Source: Fibrobacteria bacterium (lineage in GTDB: Bacteria; Fibrobacterota; Fibrobacteria; UBA11236). Taken from it: 64,000 bases of DNA. The notes beneath the pieces were generated by a model. That model did not search any database. It was not told the origin of the DNA and was given only the letters and a program-made list of their open reading frames with translations. Within the stretch, counting starts at the first letter, position 1; each line of letters starts with the position of its first letter. Below are positions 9,949 through 19,749 of the stretch, one piece after another. The stretch is from NCBI GenBank assembly GCA_041746255.1, contig JBGTHM010000037.1, positions 1-64,000 of the forward strand, read 5' to 3'. The position numbers were made by a program, and so were the translations under genes.

Positions 9949-11861
9949 AGCGCATGGAGCGAATCGCGCAGGCTCCTGGCTTGCACTTTTTCCGGGAAAT
10001 CCCAAGGCGTGGCGAAAGCCGCTTCCAATACGGAACGGGCCGCCTGGGAGTCGCCCGCGAGCAGCCGTACCCGCGCGAGGCGATAAAGCACCGAAGGTTG
10101 ATCGGGAGTCAACGTCAGAGCCCTGCGTAAAAATTCTTCCGCCTCTTGCGTGTTACCCATCAAGGCTGAGAGCCAACCCAGGGTATCGTAGATGCGTGGA
10201 TCGGCGAAGGCTTGTTTACGCAAAGCCTCGTGATAAATGGCCGCCTCCCGTAACCTTCCCTGCCGCACTCCCAGTTCCCAGGCCAAATTATTGAGACAGA
10301 TGAGATTACCGGGTTGAATTTCGAGTTCGCGTTTCCAATTTTTGATGGCTTTATCCGGGAAGCCTGCCCGGTGGGAAATGTCGGCCAGCAACAGGCTCAG
10401 GCCTGGCTGCGAAGGATATTCTTCCACCAATCGTTCGGCGCCGGTCAGCGCATGGCGGAGATCTCCCAACTTGAGGTGCACTTCGACCAGGTCCACCTTT
10501 TGCGGCAGACTGGGGTTTTTCAACGACGCCAGAAAACGCGAGGCTTCGCGCCAGCGGCCATTGCGCAAATGATCGGATGCGACCAGCCCCTTCACTATTT
10601 CGTTTTCGGGGTGTCTGAGCAATAGATCGGCCATGGCCTTCGCTACACCCAGCGTTTGTTTATTGCGCTCGAAGAATTGCACTTTCGCCCACTTCGAAAC
10701 CAAGGCCGGTGGCCGCAAGTATTGTAGGAGAAATCGCGCGCTAATCGGATCGTCGGCGCTTGCGGCGGTCTGCTCGGCCGATTCCAGATCGTCCATGGCC
10801 ATTTGTGCGGCGATACGCAGATTGACCAGCGACTTGGAATCTACGCCACGGAATTCCAGGCTGCCGAGAATTTTCAGGGCCTGGGCTGGGCTTCCCTGTG
10901 ATAGAAAAAGCAGCATACGGTTCAAATCGCTTTCGGCCAGCAGGGAGGGATCCCTCTCACCCATTTTGTCATAAGCGACAAGAGCGGAATCGATGCGGCC
11001 TTGCATGGCGTGCAAGATGGCAATTTCGGCCAGCGCATGGGGCGATTCCCGCCTGGGTTGCAAATGCGGTTTGAGTGCCGCTACGGCTTTTTTCGGTTCA
11101 CCCGCCAACGCGAAAAGACGCGCCTTACGCACGTCCACCGGCAAGGTGAAAGCGGTGTCTTCCACTTTCCAAACATCCAATGCGGCTTGGGCCGAATCCA
11201 CATTGCCTTCCAACAAATAACTGTCCACCAGATAAAGCCGGGCACGGCTGGCCGACAATGGCTGGTGGCTCAGGTCGCGCAACAAATGGCGCGCTTCCTG
11301 GACTTGTCCCCGTAGCAATAGATTATAGGCCAGCGGAAGCAGCACGGCGAGGGAATCCGGATAGCTATGTCGCAATTGCCGTAGCTGTTCGGAAGCCAGG
11401 TCGAGACGGCCTTGATGAGTGCGTATTTGCGCCAGAAGCAGCCGGGCCGAGAAATGTAAGGAATCGATATCCAAAATAGCCTGCAGGGCGGGCAAGGCGA
11501 GTTCGGTACGCCCGAGGTCGAATCCCAATTCGCCATAAGCCATCAAGCCGCCTAAATTATCGGGATAGGCGTCGAGGAATCGCCGGGTGTTTTCCAAGGC
11601 TTCGTCAGGTTTCCCCAGCTGTTTTCGCCAGGCATTTTCAAGGTGCATCACCTCGAGATTGGCATAGGGGACAAAGCCACCTTTATGCTCGAAGGCACGC
11701 ACGTATTCCTGATGGGCGGCTTGGAAATTATTCTCCTTGGCGTAAAGACGCGCCTTGATGATATGGCGCGCATATTTTTTCTCAGGGCGGTTCTGGTAGA
11801 CGAAGTAGGCGGCCAGGCCGGAAAGGAGGATAAGGACAAGCGCGAGAAACCATTTTTTCAT
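9945..11861 (-). CDS. Multi-TPR protein, PrsT-like
   Basis: Helical TPR repeats with LNNLAWEL and IYDTLGWL; N-terminal TM segment; adjacent to the PEP-CTERM gene and prsKR. Confidence 0.8.
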   Translation of the reverse strand: MKKWFLALVLILLSGLAAYFVYQNRPEKKYARHIIKARLYAKENNFQAAHQEYVRAFEHKGGFVPYANLEVMHLENAWRKQLGKPDEALENTRRFLDAYPDNLGGLMAYGELGFDLGRTELALPALQAILDIDSLHFSARLLLAQIRTHQGRLDLASEQLRQLRHSYPDSLAVLLPLAYNLLLRGQVQEARHLLRDLSHQPLSASRARLYLVDSYLLEGNVDSAQAALDVWKVEDTAFTLPVDVRKARLFALAGEPKKAVAALKPHLQPRRESPHALAEIAILHAMQGRIDSALVAYDKMGERDPSLLAESDLNRMLLFLSQGSPAQALKILGSLEFRGVDSKSLVNLRIAAQMAMDDLESAEQTAASADDPISARFLLQYLRPPALVSKWAKVQFFERNKQTLGVAKAMADLLLRHPENEIVKGLVASDHLRNGRWREASRFLASLKNPSLPQKVDLVEVHLKLGDLRHALTGAERLVEEYPSQPGLSLLLADISHRAGFPDKAIKNWKRELEIQPGNLICLNNLAWELGVRQGRLREAAIYHEALRKQAFADPRIYDTLGWLSALMGNTQEAEEFLRRALTLTPDQPSVLYRLARVRLLAGDSQAARSVLEAAFATPWDFPEKVQARSLRDSLHAL

Positions 11862-11952
11862 TACGAACTCCGGTTCGTAATTGTAGTATCAACTCGCGGA
11901 GGCGCAAAGCGCCGCCACGAGAAGACCGTCGAAGTAGCGGATAATGCCGCGA

Positions 11953-12609
11953 TTAAGCGGTCTTGCGGCTGCGCTTAACGGCGAAATACATGCCGATCAG
12001 TCCGAGGCCGAGAAGTGCCAAGGTTCCGGGTTCGGGAACCGCTTCTACATCAAGCATGGCGAGAGTGTAATCGGAGCTGCCTTTATTCGGATTGTGGTCA
12101 ACACCCAAAAGCAGTTTATGCGTGAGAAGATTGACTTCCAATTGCTTCTCTCCCTCCGAGATCCAGGGGAACTGGTTGATATCGGCCGTAAAGACATTGT
12201 GGAAAGGATTGTCGTTAACGGTATAAAAGCCCTGCTCCAAATACCAATTCTCGGGCTTCCAGAAGGCGCCGTGAAATTCATAATGCAGGTTGGTCAGGTA
12301 GATTTGGTTAAGCATGACCGGAGTGGTCAAAAATTCGACGCTTAGCCATTGTCCGAAGTCGATTTGTTGGCTTCCGCCCCCGGTGACGCCAAGACCGTCT
12401 GCAGTTAAGATGCCACTCTGCCCGGTGAGGTTGCCTCCGCCGGATGTGACGCGTACCGAGCCGATGCCGTCCACGCTTTTGGTTATGGTGTTCTCTCCGC
12501 CGGCAGGATTCCAGCTAGGGTCGCGGAAATCGATTAAGGCCGCTTGGGCGATTCCCAGGGAACCTATGACCAGTAGGGAAAAAAGCGATGGGATGGTGAA
12601 ATTCTTCAT
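11953..12609 (-). CDS. PEP-CTERM sorting-domain surface protein
   Basis: Signal peptide MKNFTIPSLFSLLVIGSLGIAQA; C-terminus VPEPGTLALLGLGLIGMYFAVKRSRKTA; GAGG upstream of ATG 12609. Confidence 0.95.
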   Translation of the reverse strand: MKNFTIPSLFSLLVIGSLGIAQAALIDFRDPSWNPAGGENTITKSVDGIGSVRVTSGGGNLTGQSGILTADGLGVTGGGSQQIDFGQWLSVEFLTTPVMLNQIYLTNLHYEFHGAFWKPENWYLEQGFYTVNDNPFHNVFTADINQFPWISEGEKQLEVNLLTHKLLLGVDHNPNKGSSDYTLAMLDVEAVPEPGTLALLGLGLIGMYFAVKRSRKTA

Positions 12610-12681
12610 AATAAACCTCGGTATCGTCTGCTTTCCGAAAGCAATTCCGGACTTGGGGTGACGTAGCTGAAAGGTAAGGAA

Positions 12682-12698
12682 AGCAAGGGCCATGCCGG
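12682..12698 (-). promoter_or_regulatory. sigma54 (-24/-12) promoter of the PEP-CTERM gene
   Basis: Minus strand CCGGCATGGCCCTTGCT gives GG-N10-GC with TTGC at -12; next to a GAFTGA activator gene. Confidence 0.78.
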
Positions 12699-12746
12699 AA
12701 AATAGTAGCAAGAATCGTTTTGAAATGGCTAAGGAAGTAGGTAGAA

Positions 12747-12783
12747 TGTAAGGAATGCCGACAGGTGTAGCGAAATCCCAACA
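12747..12783. promoter_or_regulatory. Tandem putative PrsR enhancer boxes
   Basis: TGTAAGGAATGCCGACA (12747-12763) and TGTAGCGAAATCCCAACA (12766-12783): TGT...ACA dyads upstream of the sigma54 site. Confidence 0.65.
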
Positions 12784-12792
12784 GAAGAGGCC

Positions 12793-14967
12793 GTGATTCT
12801 TATCCCCCTCTATATATTAGGCGCCAGCCTGTTGATACCCCTTCTGGGTTTTTGGGTCCAATTCCGATATTCCCAACCGACCCTGCGTTATTTGCTGTTA
12901 TCCCTGAGCCTCGTCTTTCCGCTGTATTTCGTCCTGGGTTATTTAACCTTATCCCACCCGGGAATTGCTCCTTCGCCGGAGCGGATTTTCCCCATTTACC
13001 AGGGTTTATTAGGGCTCCATTTGCTGGCGGCTTTGGGTTTGCTGGAGGTGGCGCGGCATTTCATGCGCACCTGGAAATTTCCGGGCTTACCCCGCCGGGG
13101 TGAACTGCGGTTTTGGAAGGGATGGGACTGGGTTGCGGCCTTGGTGGGGCTGACCCTGTGCGTTTTTCCCCTGGGGGCCCGCCTGGCCGCGACTTCGGAG
13201 GGCCCTGCCTTGAGAATGGAAGGGGCTTCGCTGGGCATTGCCGTTATCGCGTTGTTTCTGGGTATCCGGTTATTGATGGTGATGGAGGAAACCTATCGCT
13301 TTACGCGCGATTATCAAAGGCGCATCGGCCGGCTGGCGATGCTCTCTCTCGGATTATTGGGAGTTTTTCAAACTGTGCTATTTGCGGCAGTTGTGCTTTA
13401 TCGGGAATTCGGACCCCTCCACTTGCAATCGGCCCTGGTTGTTTACGGGCTGGTTTACCCGACGGCCTTGCTGGGGTTCTTGCGCTATCGGCTCGGCGAT
13501 GAGAAAATCAGCATTCCCCGGGATTCGGTTTACGCCTCGGTAACGCTTTTCCTGGTAGGGGCGGCCCTGTTGGGAGCGGCCGGAGCGTATTACGCCTCCC
13601 GGTATTTCGAATTGCAGGCATCCTATTTCACGCTTTTTCTCCTGCTTTTCTCCGCGGGTTTTCTGGCGCTGTTGCTGTTGGGTTCGGGCACCATGCGCAG
13701 GCGCATCTCCCGTTTCGTGGATCGGCAATTTTTTTCGCGCAAATACGACTACCAGGACCAGTTCTTCCGGCTCCACCAATCTTTTTTGTCGGGACTGGAT
13801 TTACCCAAAGCGGTTACGGACCTGGTGGAGAATATGAAATATGCCGTCACGGTGGACGATGCCTTCGTATTCCTCCAATACTCCCGGGACGGGCGTTTTC
13901 ACATGCATCGAAATCCGGAATCCAAGGCTCCGGAGACGGCGGATCTGGCTCTGGAAAGCCCGGCGCTCAACCGGTTGGCGGGCCTGGAGCGGGCTATCGA
14001 TAAATTTGATTCCGAAGATGCCGATAACTTTCGTGAATTGATGCGGGAGCCTTTGCTCGCACGGCTTTCCGTCGACGCGGTATTTCCCATCAGGGACGGA
14101 GATGCCCTGTTGGGACTGTTGGCATTGCAAGGCGGGCGCCGCGCGGCGTTGGACGAAGAGGACCGGGCTTTGGTTGGGGTGTTCGCGGGGTGGCTGGCCC
14201 GCGCAACGGCCCAGCATCGTCTCTTGGTGGAGAATGTGGAGCGAAAACAATTCGAATCGTTTCACCATATCGCCTCGTTTCTGATTCACGACATCAAGAA
14301 CCAAGTGGCGACGCTGAATATGGCCCTGAAAAACGCCGAGAGGAATCTGGATGATCCCGAATTTCAGAAAAGCCTGCTTTTCAGCATCAAGGAATGCGCG
14401 GAAAATCTCGATGGGCTGACGGGCAAGCTGGCGACCGGTTCGCATGAATGGACGCTGGCTGCGGAGTTTCGGCCCATCGGACCGGTGGTGGAAAAGGCCG
14501 TGCGGCATCTGGCTTCCGGAACGATAAGCGGCGTGGAATTGCGTTGTACGGGCGGCGACTGCGAAGCCAAGGTGGATGCCGACGCGCTTTTTTTCGTATT
14601 GCGAAATCTTATCAATAACGCTTTGGAAGCTATGGAGGGGAAGGGAACCATCCATGTTCATTACGGGCCCGTAGTCAGCCGCGAAGATTTTCTTTTGCAG
14701 GAAAGTGAATCCGGAGAAGAGGCCGTAGCGGGCTGGGAGCGCGCGGCTTCCTTCATTCGCGTGGAGGACCGCGGGCCGGGAATGGATCCGGCTTTTCTGC
14801 GCGATAAACTTTTCCGGCCCTTTTCCACCACCAAGGAAAAAGGCATTGGCATCGGCTTGTATCAATGCCGCCGTTTACTCGAACAAATGGGCGGGGCCAT
14901 CGTCTGCCGGTCGCAATTGGGGGTTGGTACTTGTTTCTGGATTTTATTGGGTACGAAAGCGAAATGA
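12793..14967 (+). CDS. prsK: PEP-CTERM-system sensor histidine kinase
   Basis: Multi-TM N-terminus, FFSRKYDYQ, GAF-like region, H-box FESFHHIASFLIHDIKN, NLINNALEA, DRGPGM, GIGIGLYQC. Confidence 0.9.
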   Translation: MILIPLYILGASLLIPLLGFWVQFRYSQPTLRYLLLSLSLVFPLYFVLGYLTLSHPGIAPSPERIFPIYQGLLGLHLLAALGLLEVARHFMRTWKFPGLPRRGELRFWKGWDWVAALVGLTLCVFPLGARLAATSEGPALRMEGASLGIAVIALFLGIRLLMVMEETYRFTRDYQRRIGRLAMLSLGLLGVFQTVLFAAVVLYREFGPLHLQSALVVYGLVYPTALLGFLRYRLGDEKISIPRDSVYASVTLFLVGAALLGAAGAYYASRYFELQASYFTLFLLLFSAGFLALLLLGSGTMRRRISRFVDRQFFSRKYDYQDQFFRLHQSFLSGLDLPKAVTDLVENMKYAVTVDDAFVFLQYSRDGRFHMHRNPESKAPETADLALESPALNRLAGLERAIDKFDSEDADNFRELMREPLLARLSVDAVFPIRDGDALLGLLALQGGRRAALDEEDRALVGVFAGWLARATAQHRLLVENVERKQFESFHHIASFLIHDIKNQVATLNMALKNAERNLDDPEFQKSLLFSIKECAENLDGLTGKLATGSHEWTLAAEFRPIGPVVEKAVRHLASGTISGVELRCTGGDCEAKVDADALFFVLRNLINNALEAMEGKGTIHVHYGPVVSREDFLLQESESGEEAVAGWERAASFIRVEDRGPGMDPAFLRDKLFRPFSTTKEKGIGIGLYQCRRLLEQMGGAIVCRSQLGVGTCFWILLGTKAK

Positions 14968-14977
14968 TGGGTTGCGT

Positions 14978-16378
14978 ATGGTGAATTTATTGATTGTGGA
15001 AGACAACCGGGCCCTGCGCGATCAGCTTAAGTGGGGGTTGAAGGACGATTACCACGTGCTTGAATCCGATTCGTTGGAAAGTACGATGAAGGCGATGGCG
15101 GATAAAGAGATTCATTTGCTGTGCCTGGATTTGGGCTTGGAAAACAAGGCTGATCGCGGTTTGGACATCATCGATGCCGTGAAACTGGCTTACGCGACCA
15201 CGAAGATAATCGTGATGACCTCGAATCGGAACGAAAATATGGGGAGCGAAGCGGTTTTGCGAGGCGCATTCGATTATCTGCAAAAACCCGTCAATCTCGA
15301 TGAACTCAAAGTCGTACTTGCGCGCGCCGAGAGGTTGCGACGCCTGGAAACCTTGCCGGCAAGCCCTGCGGAATCGGGCCTGCCGGGAGATTCGGATTTT
15401 CTCATGATCGGCCGCTCGGCTCCCATGCTGGCTATTTTTCAAACCATTCGCAAGTTGGCCCCCACCGACGTGAGTGTTTTGATAACGGGAGAGTCGGGTA
15501 CCGGCAAGGAATTATGCGCGCGAGCCCTGCACTACCATAGCGCGCGGCGTAACGAAGCTTTCGTTCCCATCAATTGCGGATCCATTCCCGAAACCCTCAT
15601 CGAATCCGAACTCTTCGGCTATGTCAAGGGAGCTTTTACCGGAGCGAGTGCCGACAAGCGCGGTCTTATCGCTTCGGCCGAAGGGGGCACGTTGTTCCTG
15701 GACGAAATCGGGGAAATGCCGCTGGGGCTGCAAGTCAAGTTGTTGCGCTTTCTCCAAGACCGTCATTTGCAACCCTTGGGCGGCACGGAGCTCTACAAGG
15801 TGGACGTGCGCGTAATCGCCGCCACCAACCGTCCCGATCTAGGTCGGGAAGGTGTGAGTCCCTTGCGTTCCGACTTGTATTATCGCCTGAGCGAATTCGA
15901 AATCCGCCTGCCTTCCCTACGGGAGCGGGAGGAGGATGTACTGCATATCGCCCGCCATGTTCTGGACGTAACGCGCGTGCGTTTCCGGCAGTCGCGGTTG
16001 CGCCTAAGCCCGCGCGCCGAAAAGGCGTTGACGCGCCACGATTGGCCGGGGAATGTGCGAGAACTTTGCAACAAATTGAATCGCGCGGCCATCTTATGCG
16101 TTGACCAGGTGATTGAGCCGGCGGATCTCGACCTGGGCGAGCCGAATCCGGGAATGGCAATGGGAGGCTTTAAGGAAGCCCGTCTCGAATTTGAAAGGAG
16201 ATACTTGTTGCAGGCTTTGCGCCAAGCGCAAGGAAACATCAGCACGGCGGCACGGCGGATGGGGCTTTCACGCCCCGCGGTATACGACCTTATGAAAAAA
16301 TTGGGCATATCCCTGGAAACCGAAACACGCCTTAAAGAGGGGCCGTCCTTTTCCGAGGACGAAGCCGGTTCGGTTTAA
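14978..16378 (+). CDS. prsR: sigma54-dependent response regulator (REC-AAA-HTH)
   Basis: LLIVED and CLDLGL receiver motifs, [29 protein letters not shown], Fis-type HTH. Confidence 0.92.
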   Translation: MVNLLIVEDNRALRDQLKWGLKDDYHVLESDSLESTMKAMADKEIHLLCLDLGLENKADRGLDIIDAVKLAYATTKIIVMTSNRNENMGSEAVLRGAFDYLQKPVNLDELKVVLARAERLRRLETLPASPAESGLPGDSDFLMIGRSAPMLAIFQTIRKLAPTDVSVLITGESGTGKELCARALHYHSARRNEAFVPINCGSIPETLIESELFGYVKGAFTGASADKRGLIASAEGGTLFLDEIGEMPLGLQVKLLRFLQDRHLQPLGGTELYKVDVRVIAATNRPDLGREGVSPLRSDLYYRLSEFEIRLPSLREREEDVLHIARHVLDVTRVRFRQSRLRLSPRAEKALTRHDWPGNVRELCNKLNRAAILCVDQVIEPADLDLGEPNPGMAMGGFKEARLEFERRYLLQALRQAQGNISTAARRMGLSRPAVYDLMKKLGISLETETRLKEGPSFSEDEAGSV

Positions 16379-16388
16379 GCAAAGCCGT

Positions 16389-17594
16389 TTATGCGGCGGC
16401 TCGGGCTGAGAGCAAGGCGTTTTCCATCAGCAATTCGTGCAGTTCCCGCAGAAAGCGGCCTTCGAATTCCCTTATTTGAAACAAAACGGGAAAGGTGAGT
16501 ATGCTGCGCGCTACCTTCTCCGCTCCCGGATAGGCTCTTGGAGGGAAAGCCTCGGTGGGTGCGTTTTCCAGCCGCGGAAGTGTGGCCGGATACATCCGGG
16601 TGACTCCGCCGAAACGGGCATTGAGTTCAAGATAAAGATTGTTGCGAGCCCTGGGATCTTTGATGAGGATGGGAAAACGCAAGGGAACGTTACGATCCGG
16701 GGCCTCGAGGCCATAATTGCGGAAGGGAAGGGTTACCCGGTCTTTATCACAACGCGAAAGAAGCTCCGCATAGCGACCCGTCAATTCACGGTAATAGTCA
16801 TGCCTTTTCACATACGCATCGAGACAGACTGCGCCGGGTCCCTTGAATTGCGGCGCCAAACGCGCGAAATGCAATGGCGCCTTCCACACCGTACGTCCCA
16901 ATGCCAAAAAGGGCAGGTTCTCGGGAAGCCAATACACCCGTGGACGCGAAAGTTGGTTGATAGCCGAAACCTTGGCGAAGCTCCAATCGCTGTCATACGG
17001 CCAATCGCGGATTTCCTCCCGGCAGGCTTCCCATAACAGCGAGCGGTTGGGAAAACACAGTGCCCCGCCATGGCCCGCGTTGAGCGCCTTCCCTTTAGCG
17101 AAACTATAAAAGGCGGGAATACCGTCTTGACCCGGTAAGTGGTTGAAGTCTTGGGCTACGTCGCGAAGCTGGAATGCCGCGGTATAGGAACAAGCCGGAG
17201 GGGTTTGTGGAATGCCGAAAAAATGCACGTGTAAAACCGCCAAGGGAGGGTGCGCTTCCTCCAGGCAGACTCGTTGCAGGTCCGCATGGTCATAGTTCAA
17301 GGTTACCGGGGATAAATCGGAGAGCACCGGAGTAAGGTCCGCCTGCAAAATGGCTTGAGGAACGGAAGGGCAGCACCAGGCGGGAATCACCACTTTATTT
17401 CGGGTCGGTTCGAGTTTGCGCATGCCCAACAGAGCCAGGTTTAAGGCGGCGGCGCCGGAGTTCACAAAGAAAATTTGTTCCGGAGGCAAACCTGTCCATT
17501 GGCTGAAAGCCAGGGAAAAATCCTTTCCCCTGGTATCCAACAAATCCCGCATTTCCACATGATTGCCGCTGGGCGCCAAGCGATATAAGTTCAT
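16389..17594 (-). CDS. DegT/DnrJ/EryC1/StrS-family PLP aminotransferase-like protein
   Basis: NSGAAAL, VVIPAWCCPSV, VHFFGI, DVAQ, SFAKGK (PLP lysine region), GGAL. Confidence 0.82.
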   Translation of the reverse strand: MNLYRLAPSGNHVEMRDLLDTRGKDFSLAFSQWTGLPPEQIFFVNSGAAALNLALLGMRKLEPTRNKVVIPAWCCPSVPQAILQADLTPVLSDLSPVTLNYDHADLQRVCLEEAHPPLAVLHVHFFGIPQTPPACSYTAAFQLRDVAQDFNHLPGQDGIPAFYSFAKGKALNAGHGGALCFPNRSLLWEACREEIRDWPYDSDWSFAKVSAINQLSRPRVYWLPENLPFLALGRTVWKAPLHFARLAPQFKGPGAVCLDAYVKRHDYYRELTGRYAELLSRCDKDRVTLPFRNYGLEAPDRNVPLRFPILIKDPRARNNLYLELNARFGGVTRMYPATLPRLENAPTEAFPPRAYPGAEKVARSILTFPVLFQIREFEGRFLRELHELLMENALLSARAAA

Positions 17595-17644
17595 ACGTTG
17601 AAGATATATTCGGGCTCAACGGGCCGCTAGTATGGCGATTTGAC

Positions 17645-18412
17645 CTAAGGTCTCGAAATAGAAATCACTCCGGGTAGCCGGGATCCGACCGCCTCCCCAT
17701 GTGGGCTCACGAGTCTTCCCAAAACATCAAAGGTCGGTTTATTCTCTCGCAGCGATGTCCAGCGGTGATTCCCGGTGGGCCGTTCGATGAAGGTCAGCGG
17801 GAGTTGCCCCCCTGTTACCACCAGAGTGCCTTGGTCGGAGAATTTGCCGTAATAGGATGCCGTAACGTCCATGTTACGAAGGAAATAGGCTTTCTTTTTC
17901 GCATGGAAAATCAGTCGTCCCGTCGCCTTGTCCACGGTCACCGAAACAACGGCGCTGTCGCTGTGAGACAATACCAGGTGGGTATCGTCGCCCAATGGGT
18001 GGAAGGCAGGTCCGTAGGTGAATTCGATATCGGAGTCGTTTTCTCCGAAGGTCAGGGTATCCGGCAAGGTTAAAAGGGGATGCGCCACGCGCGATTGCGA
18101 AGAAAATTCGCTGGCCTGCCCGTCCGCTGCGAAAGATTTCAGCGAATAAAAATAGGCGACGCCTTTGATAGCGGTAGTGTCGGGAATGCTTAATGTATCG
18201 CTTTGGGGTGGTGACCGCAAATCCGCCACCTGGTTTCCAGTTTGTCCGGGGGTTTCGGACCGGTACAATTCGTAGCGCACGATATTATCCTCGGCGGGGC
18301 TGGGAAGAAATTTGACTTCAATCCCCTTTCCCTGAGGTGAAAAGGGTAAAAGCAGGACGGAAAAGACGGCAATTCGGGAGAAATCGGCATTTTTCGGGCA
18401 CAGGCTATGCAT
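17645..18412 (-). CDS. Secreted FN3-like protein with C-terminal FDVLGR motif
   Basis: Signal-like N-terminus; YELYRS...DTTAIKGVAYFYSLKS...SEFS fibronectin-III pattern; tail FDVLGRLV. Confidence 0.65.
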   Translation of the reverse strand: MHSLCPKNADFSRIAVFSVLLLPFSPQGKGIEVKFLPSPAEDNIVRYELYRSETPGQTGNQVADLRSPPQSDTLSIPDTTAIKGVAYFYSLKSFAADGQASEFSSQSRVAHPLLTLPDTLTFGENDSDIEFTYGPAFHPLGDDTHLVLSHSDSAVVSVTVDKATGRLIFHAKKKAYFLRNMDVTASYYGKFSDQGTLVVTGGQLPLTFIERPTGNHRWTSLRENKPTFDVLGRLVSPHGEAVGSRLPGVISISRP

Positions 18413-18682
18413 GGCGTCCTTTCAATGAGCGATAGGGGAGCCGCCCCCACTTTCCCTAGGGAAAGATTAAGCGACGATTTTCAAAGAGTTCCACTAACAG
18501 GGATTACTTCCATTATATCGCCAGGTGAGGAAAGAAACCACCGAAATTTGAGAATTTTTAATCAATCGAGGTTTTTAAATCTTCTTTGTCGCCAAGAATG
18601 CGGAATTTATCTTACAGAAATAAGGAAAAAGGCCTAAAAACCGGAAAAATAGCCCTATTCGGGGCATCGCAATGGAAAAGCC

Positions 18683-19723
18683 ATGGAAACCTCTCTAGCC
18701 TCAAAACCCGATTCGATTCCTGTGATGCGGCCTGTGGTCGGGAAGAAGCCAGGCCTGGACCCCGTCTGGATAGCCTGGGAAACGCAAAGGCGCAGCATGA
18801 CTTTATCGCGGCGAATTGGCGCCGCTCTGCACATTTTCGATGACGAAAAACGGGGATTACTGCGGTTTCCGTTATCGATCATAAAAACGCTTTCCTTGCT
18901 TTTACGTAGCCGTGGTCGTGTGGTAATCGTACAGAATCCCTCAATGTTGCTTGCCGCACTGGCCTGTTTGCTGCACAAGTCCTTGGGATACACCTTGGTC
19001 GTGGACCGGCACAGTAATTTCGATTTCTGGGGCGAAAGCGAGGGGCTGGAAGCTGCTATGCGAAACCTTCTCAGCGCGTATACCTTACGAAACGCCGACG
19101 TTACGGTGGTGACCAATCCGGAACTCAAAACTCGTATCGAAGGCATGGGGGCAAGAGGCTTTGTTCTGCCCGATCCCTTTCCGGAATTGAATGAATCGAC
19201 CCATGCCCAACCGGGAACACCCATGGAGATTTTGTTCGTAGCCTCATGGGCGCCGGACGAGCCCATCGCAGAAGTGATGGAAATGTGTCGTGGACTGCAA
19301 AACGCGGTGAGAGTGCGCATAACGGGAAGGGTAAAGCCACGCTTTGAAAGACTCCTAAGCGATAGGCCCGCCAACTTCATTCCCACCGGCTTCATACCCG
19401 ACGAGGAGTATTTTCACCTAATGGGAAAGTCGGATTGTGTGCTGGCAGTGACCAAGCGACCGGAAACCTTGGTTTGCGGGGCCTATGAAGCCATCGCCAT
19501 GGGGAAGCCCGTGATATTGGGCGATTCACAAACCTTACGCGAATATTTTTCGCAGGGCGCGGTTTACACGGATTGCCGAATAGACGATTTGGCGGCGAAA
19601 GTGATGCATTTGCGCGCTCACTATTCCGATTTCGTATCGCAAATCAAGAAGTTGCGGGAGATGCGAGCGAGGGAGTGGGACGGTAGGCTGCAGGAATTGC
19701 AAGCAAGCCTGGGTCTGGCATAA
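18683..19723 (+). CDS. Glycosyltransferase, GT-B fold (GT4-like)
   Basis: IVQNPS, VVDRHS, VLPDP, DEPI, CGAYEAIAMGKPVI. Confidence 0.85.
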   Translation: METSLASKPDSIPVMRPVVGKKPGLDPVWIAWETQRRSMTLSRRIGAALHIFDDEKRGLLRFPLSIIKTLSLLLRSRGRVVIVQNPSMLLAALACLLHKSLGYTLVVDRHSNFDFWGESEGLEAAMRNLLSAYTLRNADVTVVTNPELKTRIEGMGARGFVLPDPFPELNESTHAQPGTPMEILFVASWAPDEPIAEVMEMCRGLQNAVRVRITGRVKPRFERLLSDRPANFIPTGFIPDEEYFHLMGKSDCVLAVTKRPETLVCGAYEAIAMGKPVILGDSQTLREYFSQGAVYTDCRIDDLAAKVMHLRAHYSDFVSQIKKLREMRAREWDGRLQELQASLGLA

Positions 19724-19749
19724 GGAAGGCGAATAAAATATGTTGAAAC

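Noticed and set aside
13801..14865. 354-aa antisense ORF
   Set aside because: Lies wholly opposite prsK; typical shadow ORF.
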